The notes under the pieces were generated by a model that did not search any database, was not told the DNA's origin, and saw only the letters and a program-made list of their open reading frames with translations. From the NCBI GenBank assembly GCA_963786955.1, contig CAWBAT010000005.1:1664001-1728000 (forward strand): DNA of 64,000 nucleotides, in the 5' to 3' direction. Of this stretch, positions 21,577-32,204 are shown piece after piece. Within the stretch, counting starts at the first letter, position 1; the number at the start of each line of letters is the position of its first letter. The stretch is from an uncultured Acidimicrobiia bacterium. GTDB taxonomy: Bacteria; Acidobacteriota; Terriglobia; Versatilivoradales; Versatilivoraceae. The translations under genes were made by a program, and so were the position numbers.

Positions 21577-21681
21577 TGCTAAGTTGCGCAAATTTGCGGT
21601 AATTGCTGTAGCCGGGGACGTTGACCCCGGCCGGCCCCAGCGGGGCCAGCTACAACACGGACTTCTGCAACTTCGTACTAG
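21573..21681. mobile_element. MITE-like element, family B, enclosing a GTAG-type REP hairpin pair
   Basis: CTAGTGCTAAGTTGC ... GCAACTTCGTACTAG ends; internal TGTAGCCGGGG..CCCCGGC...GCTACA. The left CTAG contains the upstream stop codon. Confidence 0.65.
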
Positions 21682-21822
21682 ACAAGTTTTTCCCCTCTCA
21701 GGCGCAGTCCTCCCGCGGTCTGCGCCTGCTGGGGGGAGCAGTTCCAACCCGTGGGCATCTGCGGCGACGACCTCGGCGCGGACGAGAAGGCCAAACGATC
21801 CCACTAGCCCAGGGTAGCCTTG

Positions 21823-23022
21823 TCACATATAGCTCAGCCACCAGTCCCGGCGCCGCGCCTTTACTGCAGCGAGCCAGCGACAGAACGGGTACAAGATGGC
21901 CATGACCAAAATCCAGACGACATAAACACCAGGCAGCGTGACGCCGTAATTTTTCGGATAGAAGAAGAAAGGCGCAAGGAATTGCCTGGCGTTGAACCCC
22001 TGGGTCACGCCCAACAGCACACTTAAGATGTGGATCAGGAAGAAGTGCGCAACATAGAACGCAAAAGGTACTCGGCCGAACGTCACGAGTGCGTCCTTGA
22101 TGACACCCGTCATGCGATCCGCGAAGGCACAAAGAATGGCCGCTGGCCCAAGTGTCATGAGCAGGAACAACAGGCTTGGGGGGTACTTCGTCGTATTTAG
22201 AAAATCGATGAATGTCTCGACCACTCCATTGGGTTGTCGTTGCCATGGATTTGGGTCGCCGTAGACGTCGATGGCCCTGAGCACCAGGAAGGCCGTTGTC
22301 AGCGCAACGCCGAATCGAAGCAACATTGAGTTACGCCGAGAAGCTGGGAGTTCGAATACGCTGGAGACACCAAAACCGAGCAACATGACGCCGACCCAGG
22401 GCAGCAGTGGATAGATGAAGATGAACAGAAACGGGCCCGTGCTGTGCGCCATCTGCGAGTGCAGGGCCACCCATAATGGCCAGCTCTGATCGAAAAGCTT
22501 GCTCGCGGGCCAAAACGAATCGAGCAGATTATGCCCGGCAACGATCACGGCACCGATCACGATGCAGGCCTGCCGTCCCAGAAGTTGGGCACCAGAGAGC
22601 ACTACCATGCTCGCGCCGATCGCCCAGATCACCCCCATGGGCACGAGTACCCGCCCGGCAACCTCCTTGATTCCGCCCGGAGCGAACGTCATAGCCGTGG
22701 AGATCACGAACCATTCGACAAAGATCAGCCAGAGGCCCCGTTTAAACAGAAATCGGGCAAGCTCGGTCGGGCCCCTTCTTGCCGTCATCAGCCCGGCGCT
22801 GGTACCGGCAAGAAATATGAACACGGGCGCGCAGAAATGCGTGATCCAGCGGGTCGCAAACAAGCCGGGGCTGATATGGGGATTTGCTGTCGGATCCCCC
22901 ACGGCGCCGATCATGACGAAGTCTCGAACATGGTCAATCGCCATGATGACGATTGCCAGTCCACGTACCATGTCGATGGAATTGAGCCGGTATGCGCGTT
23001 GGTCAATAGATTCGATAGTCAT
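21823..23022 (-). CDS. DUF1624 / HGSNAT-like multi-pass membrane acyltransferase
   Basis: RLNSIDMVRGLAIVIMAIDHVRD, RWITHFCAPVFIFLAG, KYPPSL, GRVPFAFYVAH. Confidence 0.9.
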   Translation of the reverse strand: MTIESIDQRAYRLNSIDMVRGLAIVIMAIDHVRDFVMIGAVGDPTANPHISPGLFATRWITHFCAPVFIFLAGTSAGLMTARRGPTELARFLFKRGLWLIFVEWFVISTAMTFAPGGIKEVAGRVLVPMGVIWAIGASMVVLSGAQLLGRQACIVIGAVIVAGHNLLDSFWPASKLFDQSWPLWVALHSQMAHSTGPFLFIFIYPLLPWVGVMLLGFGVSSVFELPASRRNSMLLRFGVALTTAFLVLRAIDVYGDPNPWQRQPNGVVETFIDFLNTTKYPPSLLFLLMTLGPAAILCAFADRMTGVIKDALVTFGRVPFAFYVAHFFLIHILSVLLGVTQGFNARQFLAPFFFYPKNYGVTLPGVYVVWILVMAILYPFCRWLAAVKARRRDWWLSYM

Positions 23023-23286
23023 GTCTTGGATTCCCCCCCTCGCTCCGACGCGCCTTTGCAGCGTCACTTATCGTCGATGCTGCCTGAAAGGTTGTCGAAT
23101 CGGTGATCAGTTAGCCGATATGCCAGCCCAGTCTAACACTTCCGAGTGAGCTAAAGGCGGCGGCGCCATGATTGCTTAAACCGTCTGACGCGCCGGCTCT
23201 ATCTGAACGTGACTCAGTCACCGGCCGAAGTGGTCAACAGCGCAACCACTTCAAATAAGATTCGTAGGCCACAACCAGCCTTGGCC

Positions 23287-23438
23287 CTGCATTTCATGAA
23301 TTCGGTGACGTGTTTTTGGATGGGGGCCATGTGAGGTTGGGGCTTTGAGAAAGCCCCAACCTTACAAAGGTGTAGGCCGGGTCACCGCCCCGGCGTTAGC
23401 CCGGATTTCTGAATCGCAGTACTTAGTGAAAAGACTCT
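23287..23438. mobile_element. MITE-like element, family C, copy 1 (degenerate)
   Basis: Shares TGTAGGCCGGGTCACCG.CCCGGCGTTA and both end motifs with 55328-55452. Confidence 0.65.
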
Positions 23439-23522
23439 CGGGATAAAACGTGCCTTAGACCTCTTCAGGGGACGATGAATTACCTGCTTAGCTGAAGGAA
23501 CAACTATTCGGGGAAACAGCAA

Positions 23523-25385
23523 TCAACGTGACAGCACCGCCAGCAGCGCGTGGTAATCGTCCACAAGAAAGCCTTCGTAGCCATGCGGGGTTCCGTCCCA
23601 GGCTTTCCAATCGTAGGTCATGCCGTTGGTGCCGTGTCCCTGAAAGCCGCCCTCCTCATAGGCACGCAGCAACGGAAACAGCATCGCGTCGGCCTCCTCG
23701 CGCCGCCCGAGTTGGTACAAGGCTTTGAGGGTGTAGTAGACAAAGCAGGCAGTAGCCCCGCCGTTGATATAGATTTGAAATCGGTCGGAGCCGTCCTTCT
23801 TTTCCGGCCCGCCCCAGCGCTGGTTGTGCACCATGTAATCCTCCTGGCGAATGGGGATCAGGTTGCCAGGCAAGCCGTACTCAAAGTGGGTATAGCCCAC
23901 CTCTTTCATCTTGGCGAGCATGCGGTCCATGATAAGGTTTGCTTTATCCCGGGGAACGAGACCATAAGTGATGGCCACGCCATTTACAAACGTGAAGTAG
24001 TAATCGTGCAGCTTGCCGTCGGCACTCCGCCAGCCTGCCAGCACTCCTGTGGTGGGATTGTAGAAGGTGTCGAAATAAACCGATCGGAGCTTTTCGGCGC
24101 GCGCGGCATAGAGCTGGGCATCTTCCGGCACATTGGCCCGCCGGGCCATTTCCGTCATTCCCAGCAGGGCATGGTACGCGAGGGCATTCGAGTAAGCGTC
24201 CAGATGGCCAAAGCCGATATTGTCCCACCAGTTGGCCGTGTGTTTGGGAAATTGCCGGTAATCCCAGATGCCTGCATTGCCGCTCGACACGTCAACCAGC
24301 AAGCCATCCCCAGTGGGATCCATGGCAAGCATCTGCTTGGCCCAGCCCTTCACTTCGGCATAGTTCTTTTTCAGCCACGCCTCATCCCCACTGGCCCGCA
24401 CATAATCCCCAGCGGCGATCAGCAGCGAGGGAAAAGTATCCACGGAATGGGCGGGATTCTCCGGGTCGTTGTGAACCGCCATGCCATAGCCATGCGTCCC
24501 GCTCAGATAGTGGTCCAGGGTTTGCCGGATCAGGTCCATGACAGTCAGGCTGGGCGCGAGCGGTGGAGTGTGTTCCGCCATGGCGGTGTAAAGAAAAACC
24601 GTGAAAGCGCACGCATCGCTGGCGGCGTTATTGGCCAGCATTTGACGGCGAGGACTGAGCTGAAAAGCATTCAGCCAGTTGCGCCGAAAGCCGTCAAACC
24701 GCGGGTCACTATCGACTCCCGGCACATGGGGATAAATGGCCACAACGTCCAGGGTATAGTCCAACTCGGGCAAGGCAGCGGAGGCAGGCGGAATCGTGAC
24801 CTTCACATAAGCCTGGTCGCCTTCTTTATAATTCAGTTGATTGTCCCACGTAAAAAAGCGTTGGGCGTCATAGCCGAGTGCCAGCCCTTTGCCCGCGCGG
24901 GAAGTGATTCGAAAAGTCCCCTGGTCAGGCAGGTGAAGAAGCGCCGGCAGGCGGACGCTGCCATCCTCATTCATGAGGCCCAGGAGTGTGGCGTGGTTCA
25001 CGAACGTGTTGAAATTGAGTACCAGCGGCGGCGGCGGATTTCCCGGAGAGTAAGAAGAATGCAGGCGAATCTGCCGCGTTGAGAATTCAACAGTCCATGC
25101 CGCCGGTGCGTTCGCAGGCGCCCCGGTAACACGGTATTCGACCTTTGACCCGGTAAGGCGCGACTCGTAATTCCTATCCGACGTGCCGACTCGCCGAAGC
25201 GGGCTCTGGCCGAGCTTCACTTTTCCCAACGAGTCCACGGCCAATCCCACGAAGGCCGGCTGGTCGGGCGCCAGTTCAGCGCGGAGGAAGGGGGACTCAT
25301 ACTGCAACGCCCGACTCGGCTCCTTCCCCGCGGCCAGTGAAAGCGCGAGGGGTGCAAGTACGACGAGATTAAATCTCTTCAACAT
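23523..25385 (-). CDS. Secreted (alpha/alpha)6-barrel glycoside hydrolase-like protein, family unassigned
   Basis: Signal peptide MLKRFNLVVLAPLALSLAAG; YVRASGDEAWL, NWWD...DAYSNALAYHAL, A..LR..YFDTFYNP, YINGG. Confidence 0.8.
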   Translation of the reverse strand: MLKRFNLVVLAPLALSLAAGKEPSRALQYESPFLRAELAPDQPAFVGLAVDSLGKVKLGQSPLRRVGTSDRNYESRLTGSKVEYRVTGAPANAPAAWTVEFSTRQIRLHSSYSPGNPPPPLVLNFNTFVNHATLLGLMNEDGSVRLPALLHLPDQGTFRITSRAGKGLALGYDAQRFFTWDNQLNYKEGDQAYVKVTIPPASAALPELDYTLDVVAIYPHVPGVDSDPRFDGFRRNWLNAFQLSPRRQMLANNAASDACAFTVFLYTAMAEHTPPLAPSLTVMDLIRQTLDHYLSGTHGYGMAVHNDPENPAHSVDTFPSLLIAAGDYVRASGDEAWLKKNYAEVKGWAKQMLAMDPTGDGLLVDVSSGNAGIWDYRQFPKHTANWWDNIGFGHLDAYSNALAYHALLGMTEMARRANVPEDAQLYAARAEKLRSVYFDTFYNPTTGVLAGWRSADGKLHDYYFTFVNGVAITYGLVPRDKANLIMDRMLAKMKEVGYTHFEYGLPGNLIPIRQEDYMVHNQRWGGPEKKDGSDRFQIYINGGATACFVYYTLKALYQLGRREEADAMLFPLLRAYEEGGFQGHGTNGMTYDWKAWDGTPHGYEGFLVDDYHALLAVLSR

Positions 25386-26009
25386 GGGTGGTTTTCTAGT
25401 GGGATAATCCCTGCCTTTCAGAAAGTTCACTTGGCTGATAGGGACCGTGAAACAGGAATTCGGGCGCATTTGAACTCCTGCTACAGGCTACTCGCGTTTC
25501 CCCTTAATCCTTATTGTTTTTCGAGCTCAATGTTAGTACAGCTCCGCTGAGTCGGTGTCAAGACAAAAGCTTTTGCGTGTCCACCCAAATTAGAAATGTC
25601 CGGTTTGTTGTCTACCCGCAAAACTCAGGGCAGGTGATTCTGCGGCAGTAGGTCACGGATCACAACAAGTCCGCGCCACAAACGCGTAGAGGATTTGAAA
25701 GCAAAGTGTACGAACGGTGAAGAAGTCCGTCCCCCAGGAGACTTACATGTAGTCGAGTCCAAAAACGCATCGGGTTTTTTACTTTTGAGTCGCCTTGCTA
25801 TATACGCTCCGCTAAGGTACATTTTAATCCGCCATCGACTTGGTCATCCTTACCAAGCGAGCTCAGAAAGACCTGGAGTAAGTGCCGATACCCTTCGCTA
25901 AAAAGTTGGACGGCCGGATTAGTTTTGCGGTGAAGTTTGCAAACCGGGGCTCTAACGACGAAACATTGAAGGGTGAGCGGTCCAACCTGCGCCATGTCAA
26001 TTCGTTCCC

Positions 26010-26190
26010 CTATTTTGACCCTACCGCCTGTGGATGTGCGTGATGAACTTTTCGCCCGTCTCGGCACGCTTGGCCAGGGTAGCAGTCTCATCCTTGGCCC
26101 GACCCACCATGTCCAGCTTGATCCCCCCATGGAGAATTTCTGGGCAATGGTGAACACTATCCTGCAACCCAATGCGGCGACTGGTTCCCA
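26010..26190 (+). pseudogene. C-terminal remnant of a uroporphyrinogen-decarboxylase/MtaA-family protein
   Basis: DVRDELFARLGTLGQGSSLILGPTHHVQLDPPMENFWAMVNTI matches the terminal motif of that family; the N-terminus is missing. Confidence 0.6.
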
Positions 26191-26220
26191 ACAGGTGCCA
26201 ATCTCGCAGAACATAAAGTT

Positions 26221-27816
26221 ATGCATCTTGCTTGTTGGGATTGGTTGATTATCGCGGTCTATGTGATTGTCGTGGTTTCGGTGGGACTGCGGGCGGGAAC
26301 CAAGCAGCACACCAGCGAGGGCTACTTCCTTGCCGGCCGGCAGCTCCGCTGGCCCTTTATCGGCTCCTCCATCTATGCCGCCAATATTTCCACTGAGCAC
26401 TTTGTGGGGCTGGCGGGCACCGCTTATGCCATCGGCCTGGCTATCGGCGCTTATGAATGGATTGCGGTATTCTGCTTGATTCCTCTGATCGTGCTGTTCC
26501 TGCCGCTGTACATCCGGGCACGGATTTACACGGTTCCCGAGTTCCTCGAAATGCGCTTTGGTCCCGGTGTGCGCCTGGTGTTCTCGGGTTTTATGATCGC
26601 CATGTCGGTGGTGGCGAAGATCGCCATTTCACTCTGGGCCGCCGCAATTGTTTTTTCCGATGTTCTGGGGTGGGACCACCTTACGGTCATCTGGGTGATC
26701 GGCTTGGTGACAGCTCTTTACACCATGAAAGGCGGGCTGAGCGCGGTGGTCTATACCGACGCGGTTCAGACGTTGGTTTTGCTGGCCGGCGCAGCGACGC
26801 TGACCCTCATCGGCCTGCACCACGTCGGAGGCTTTAGTGGCCTGCGGGCGAAGGTTGATCCGGTAATGTTCTCAATGGTACGGCCGGCCACGGACCCGAA
26901 CTTGCCCTGGCCCGGTATCTTCATCGGAGTGTTTTTCGTTGGGGCATTCTACTTCTCCATGGATCAGGTGTTGGTGCAACGGGTCTTTGCGGCTAAAGAC
27001 TTGAATGAGGGGCGGCTTGGCGCCGTGTTTTGTGCCTTCCTCAAGACGCTCAACCCGCTGTTGCTAGTGCTGCCGGGGTTGATCGCCAAGGCTCTTTATC
27101 CCCACCTGGAACGCGCGGACGATGCTTTCCCGGCGCTCTTGAAGAACCTGATGCCGACGGGATTGCTGGGGCTTACGGTTGCGGGTCTGACGGCGGCCTT
27201 GATGGGCCATTTGAGCGCGACCTACAATTCTATCGCCACACTCTTCACGCGGGATTTCTACCTGAAGTTTCATCCTGCAGCCACGCAAGAAAGGCAGATC
27301 CGGGTCGGCCGCATCGCGGTGCTGGTTGTTTTTGTTCTCGGCGCGATTTGGGCGCCAATCATCGGCAGCTATAAATCGCTATTCATCTATCTCCAGAACG
27401 TTCAGGCCTATCTCATGATGCCTTTTGCTTTCATTTTCTTTTTTGCGGTGTTCTGGAAGCGCATCAACTCGCCGGGGGCACTGGTTTGCATGATCGCTGC
27501 CTTTGTCCTGTGCCCGGTGATGATGGTGAACAACCAACTCAAACCCGAGCAGCAATGGTTCCAGTTTCTGAATACGCCGTATCTCATGCCCTGGCTTCAC
27601 CGCGCCATGCTCGTGACCCTGTTATGTATAACTTTGTTGGTGGGAATTTCGCTGTTGACCGCCCCGCCGCCACCGGCGAAACTCGCGGGCACCACAATTG
27701 AAGGATTGTGGGCCCGGAAGATAAACGAGCCGCGAGTGTTTGTCCTGAAAGACTATCGCCTGTGGCTCACGATCGTCTCTCTTGCCACGGCGGTGATGTG
27801 GTACTTCATGAGATGA
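26221..27816 (+). CDS. Sodium:solute symporter (SSS, sugar type)
   Basis: YFLAGR, ANISTEHFVGLAG, TVPEFLEMRF, GGLSAVVYTD, DQVLVQR; many TM segments. Confidence 0.96.
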   Translation: MHLACWDWLIIAVYVIVVVSVGLRAGTKQHTSEGYFLAGRQLRWPFIGSSIYAANISTEHFVGLAGTAYAIGLAIGAYEWIAVFCLIPLIVLFLPLYIRARIYTVPEFLEMRFGPGVRLVFSGFMIAMSVVAKIAISLWAAAIVFSDVLGWDHLTVIWVIGLVTALYTMKGGLSAVVYTDAVQTLVLLAGAATLTLIGLHHVGGFSGLRAKVDPVMFSMVRPATDPNLPWPGIFIGVFFVGAFYFSMDQVLVQRVFAAKDLNEGRLGAVFCAFLKTLNPLLLVLPGLIAKALYPHLERADDAFPALLKNLMPTGLLGLTVAGLTAALMGHLSATYNSIATLFTRDFYLKFHPAATQERQIRVGRIAVLVVFVLGAIWAPIIGSYKSLFIYLQNVQAYLMMPFAFIFFFAVFWKRINSPGALVCMIAAFVLCPVMMVNNQLKPEQQWFQFLNTPYLMPWLHRAMLVTLLCITLLVGISLLTAPPPPAKLAGTTIEGLWARKINEPRVFVLKDYRLWLTIVSLATAVMWYFMR

Positions 27817-27971
27817 TGCCTGTGGAAATACAAAGACGAACAATATGGAAATGAGAATCCCCCCGTTGAAATATCTGGCATGAATAGCGATTCATTCCGA
27901 CGGGACTGCTTGTCCCCGTCTCGAGGGGCGGCTTCAATGGTTTCTTAGCGAACTTTGTTCACGGCACGACT

Positions 27972-29021
27972 ATGGTCCCCCATCCGTACAAATCCTTAAC
28001 GCATTTCAGCGGGCACATTACCTTCTTCTTAGTGACATGCCTTTGTTTGATATTCCGAGTTCTGGAAGTTGAACCGACTTCTCTGAAACGGTACGAATTT
28101 TCTTTGATTCGAATGGGAACCGCATTCCGGATGGTGTTTTATGCCCAGGATCCCGGCATAGCTTCTCAGGCGAGCACCGAAGCCTTTGAGCGCATTGAAC
28201 AGCTGGAACAGATCCTCAGCGATTACCGTGAGGAGAGCGAGCTCAACAGAATTTGTGGGACAGCCTTCAGGGCTCCCCAACGAGTGAGCCCTGAACTGTT
28301 CCATGTTCTGGAAAGGTCGTTGCACTTTTCAGAGCTTTCCGAAGGAACTTTTGATGTAACGATTGGCCCCGTGGTCAAACTTTGGCGGGAGGCGCGACGC
28401 GAGAAGCGTCTGCCAGATGCCGAGCGGTTGTCAAGAGCGCGATTGGCCGTGGGTTTCCAGAATGTCGTGTTGGACTCCGAAACGGGTACGGTATTCCTGA
28501 AACGGGACGATATGAAACTGGATCTGGGAGCCATCGCAAAAGGCTATGCCGCTGACCAGGCACTGGCTGTGTTGAGGGGATATGGCATCAATCGAATACT
28601 AATAGACGCGGGGGGAGATCTATCCTTAGGTGACCCGCCTCCAGGATCCCGGGGATGGGATATTCGGATTCACGAATGGGATAAAGAGCCAAGATCAGAA
28701 GGCCTATGGCTACGGTTGCGCAACGTGGGAATAGCGACTTCGGGCGACACTTTTCAGTTCTTGGAGAAGCAAGGGGAGCATCTTTCTCATATCATCAACC
28801 CTTCTGACGGCATAGGAATAAGGGATTCTGTCAGCACAACGGTGATTGCCCAAGATGGAATTTCAGCGGATGCTCTGGCGACAGCGTTGAGCATTCTTCC
28901 GGTATCTAAGGCATTGGCGTTGGCAGATTCCCTGGAAAACGTGTCTGCATTTCTCGTTCGGCGCAATGGGAATAAGGTATTGTGCTTCAAATCGAGAAAT
29001 TTTCCAGCGTTTTCCAGATAG
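27972..29021 (+). CDS. apbE: FAD:protein FMN transferase (ApbE)
   Basis: MGT, GTFDVTIGP, LDLGAIAKGYAAD, AGGD, ATSGD, HIINP, ADALATA. Confidence 0.95.
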   Translation: MVPHPYKSLTHFSGHITFFLVTCLCLIFRVLEVEPTSLKRYEFSLIRMGTAFRMVFYAQDPGIASQASTEAFERIEQLEQILSDYREESELNRICGTAFRAPQRVSPELFHVLERSLHFSELSEGTFDVTIGPVVKLWREARREKRLPDAERLSRARLAVGFQNVVLDSETGTVFLKRDDMKLDLGAIAKGYAADQALAVLRGYGINRILIDAGGDLSLGDPPPGSRGWDIRIHEWDKEPRSEGLWLRLRNVGIATSGDTFQFLEKQGEHLSHIINPSDGIGIRDSVSTTVIAQDGISADALATALSILPVSKALALADSLENVSAFLVRRNGNKVLCFKSRNFPAFSR

Positions 29022-29030
29022 ACTGGCTCC

Positions 29031-30627
29031 ATGCCGGCGGGAAAAATAACGATCCGGATTCAGAAAAATAAGGGGCTAGAATTCAGCGTGTTTCAGAGAC
29101 TGTTTACGACCAAATCCGTTTTCTCCAATAAGAAGGGCCTAACCACGTTCGTTACGGGTTTGATTTGTGGGGTGCTCCTGCTCTTTGCCGGGCATACTGG
29201 CATGGAGAAAACCTCGACTGACAGGTTCTGTGACCAGAGCTGCCATGTCCATCCCCAAGCAACTCAGAGCTGGATCAAGTCGACTCATTTCTCGAATAAA
29301 CGCGGGGTGGTCACCCATTGCATCGAGTGCCACCTTCCTGCCGGGGGTGTCGAGTTTTACACCGAAAAAGCTCGCTTGGGAACTCAGGACATTTATGGCA
29401 AGGTGTTCAAAGATATTTCCAAAATCGATTGGCAGGCCAAGCGCAGCCTGGATCTTGCCAAGACCTTCACTTACGATTCCGCTTGCATAAGATGCCATGC
29501 CCAGCTATTCACAACCGGGCTTTCCAAGAAAGGGGGCGGATGGGCATCTTCATTACCAGCGTTTCAGGGACAAGATGACCTGTATCAACTGCCATTTGTT
29601 TGTTGGACATTACAGCGCGAAAAAGGCGGAGGAAATCAGCGATATTGAAGCCGACGAAATGAAAGATTTCCCTGAGGAGGTGGAGGGGTTTAAGAGTTAC
29701 GCAGAAAAGATACCGGGAACAAATGTCAAGTTTGCGATGGCAGCCCTACCGGGTGGAACCTTCATGCTGGGCAGCCCCGAGTCCGAGCCCTATCGGCGCC
29801 TTGACGAAGGGCCCATCCACAAAGTAAGAGTGAGTTCTTTCTGGATGGGCCGGGTTGAAGTCAGCTGGCGAGAGTACGAAATTTTCCTGCTCCAGCGCGG
29901 CACCAAGGGGAAACAGGAAGAAAACGGTCGGATCCGTGGGGCAGTTACCGGCCCAACTCCCCCTTACGGTTCGCCTGACCAAGGGTGGGGACGGGGATCG
30001 CGACCCGCTGTCACTATGACGCATCACGCGGCCATGATTTACTGCGAATGGCTTTCTTCCGTTACAGGAAAAACATACAGGCTTCCGACTGAAGCCGAAT
30101 GGGAATATGCTTGTCGTGCCGGAACGAGTAGTCCCTATTTCTTTGTTGGGGATCCCTCTCGCTTTACGGGCCGGTCCTGGATCAATAAGATCCGCGGGAT
30201 TGAGACCTCACCCATTGCGGAGTTCGCAGTCTATCGATCTACCAGCGCTTTGCGTACCAGTCCACCCAAAGCCAGCAAGGCGAATCCCTGGGGGTTGGTG
30301 AATATGCTCGGAAATGTGAAGGAGTTCTGCCTGGATTGGTATGATCCAAAGTCGTACTCCAGTGATTCTCTTATCGAAGAAGTCAGCAATCCGCACGGAC
30401 CCGATTCCGGTACTGAGCACGTCACACGTGGAGGTTCGTTTAAGAGTGATGCCATCGATTTGCGTTCGGCAGCCCGGGACTATACCCGGACAAATGACTG
30501 GCTCATGACAGATCCCCAATCCCCCAAGAGCATCTGGTGGTACTCTGACAGTAATGACGTCGGGTTCAGGGTAGTGCGGGAATTTGAGGGTCAAGTCTTG
30601 GAAGTAACATCTAATAAGTCGAACTGA
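29031..30627 (+). CDS. NapC/NirT-type tetraheme cytochrome c fused to an FGE-sulfatase (SUMF1) domain; +1 frameshift at about 29531
   Basis: TM helix followed by CDQSCH, CIECH, CIRCH and, after the G-run shift, CINCH. Then FMLGS, YRLPTEAEWEYACRAG, NPWGL.NMLGNV.E, RGGSF, VGFRVV. Confidence 0.85.
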
Positions 30628-30682
30628 TTTTCATCCAACTCATCAAACAAGAAGTCGAAGCAGTCATCATAAGGAAAAACAT

Positions 30683-32003
30683 ATGATCGATGAAAAGAAG
30701 AAGTCCAATTCCAGTCGCCGCGATTTTATGGGTGCGGTAACGGCCATTGGGGCGGGGATGTTATTGACCCGGTGCAGTAAGAGTTACTCCGAAAATGGCC
30801 TTCGTGGACAAAGCGCCGGACGGACCACTGCTCAAGGCAGGATTGGTAGGCTGTGGGGGGAGGGGAACCGGGGCTGTCCAGGATTTCTTAAAAGCGGGAC
30901 CCAGTCTGCAAATTTCAGCTCTGGCAGATGTCTTCGCGGACAAAGTCCAGGACACCCGAAAAACCCTGGAAGAAAAGGCCAACCAGAAGATCGCCGATGA
31001 TCATTGCTTTGTGGGATTTGATGCCTATAAAAAGTTGATTGATTCGGGAGTCGATGTGGTGATTCTGGCCACTCCGCCGCATTTTCGGCCGGAACACTTT
31101 GAAGCTTCCGTTGATGCCAAGAAACACGTCTTTATGGAAAAGCCAGTGGCCGTCGACCCTGTAGGGGTGCGTTCGGTCTTGGTCTCAGGCGAAAAAGCGA
31201 AGGCGTTCGGATTGTCAGTGGTCACGGGCACTCAGCGGCGGCATCAGCGCTCCTATATCGAAACCTACAATCGGATTGCGAATGGAGCCATCGGCAAGAT
31301 CGTGGCTGCCGACGTCTGTTGGAATCAGTCACAGCTCTGGTATAAGGAGAAACAGAAAGGCTGGTCCGACATGGAGTTCATGATTCGCGACTGGGTCGAT
31401 TGGTGCTGGCTTTCCGGCGATCACATTGTTGAACAGCATGTCCATAACCTCGACGTAGCCCACTGGTTTCATTGGAGGGACTCCCGAGAAGGCGGTTGGC
31501 ATGGGGGGCCGGGCGCGACGCGTGACAGGGGATCAGTATGACTTCTTTGCGGTGGACTACACGATGGCCGATGGAACCCATATTCAAAGCATGTGCCGGC
31601 AGGTGGATGGCTGTAACAACAATGTGTCTGAGTATGTCGTCGGAACGGGAGGGTCATCTAACTGCAAAGACACGATCTTTGACAAAGACGGGAAAGTCGT
31701 CTGGCAATACCAGGAACCGGTAAAGAGCCCGGGAAGTCCGCCTTCAGTCCATATGAGCAGGAGCATGTCGACCTGGTTAATGCGATTCGTACGAATCAGC
31801 CGATCAACGAAGCGACCAACATAGCCAAATCTACTCTTGTTGCGATCATGGGAAGGATTGCGGCTTACACAGGGCTAGAGGTCACTTGGAATCAAATGAT
31901 GGAGTCAAGCTTGAGGCTGGGACCGAAGGAATACGTCATGGGTCCGGTAGACATCAAGGCCGAAGTGCCCGTTCCTGGCAGCGCCAAGAATTCCAAAGGG
32001 TAG
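30683..32003 (+). CDS. Tat-exported Gfo/Idh/MocA oxidoreductase, three apparent frameshifts
   Basis: SRRDFM Tat motif, GLVGCGGRGTGA, ILATPPHFRP.H, FMEKP, GDHIVEQHVHNLD. Spread over ORFs 30683, 30795, 31501 and a final frame ending at TAG 32003. Confidence 0.88.
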
Positions 32004-32204
32004 GCATGAGCCACGGAAATTTCTGGATCATTCGATTTCCCGTCCTTATTTTTGGTTTTCCTGCCGGTTAAAGCGGGTCAACATCGCCTGATGTGCGTCC
32101 AAAGTTTTTTTGCACCCGACTGAGAGCGGCCTTCTATGCGTGCCGATTAAGCCCCTGATAAGAACAAGCTATGGCGGTCACAGACCTTCGCAGCAGGGGA
32201 CGAT

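Noticed and set aside
23550-25082. Long antisense ORFs (510 aa here; also 17344-18603, 39204-40283, 57181-58500)
   Set aside because: They lie opposite well-supported genes and show no motifs; expected from codon bias.
27874-27892. TGGCATGAATAGCG as a sigma54 promoter for apbE
   Set aside because: The GG-to-GC spacing is 8 nt, not the required 10.
29520-29545. Programmed frameshift or phase variation in the cytochrome-FGE gene
   Set aside because: The G-run is short and neighbouring genes show similar indels, so an assembly error is more likely.
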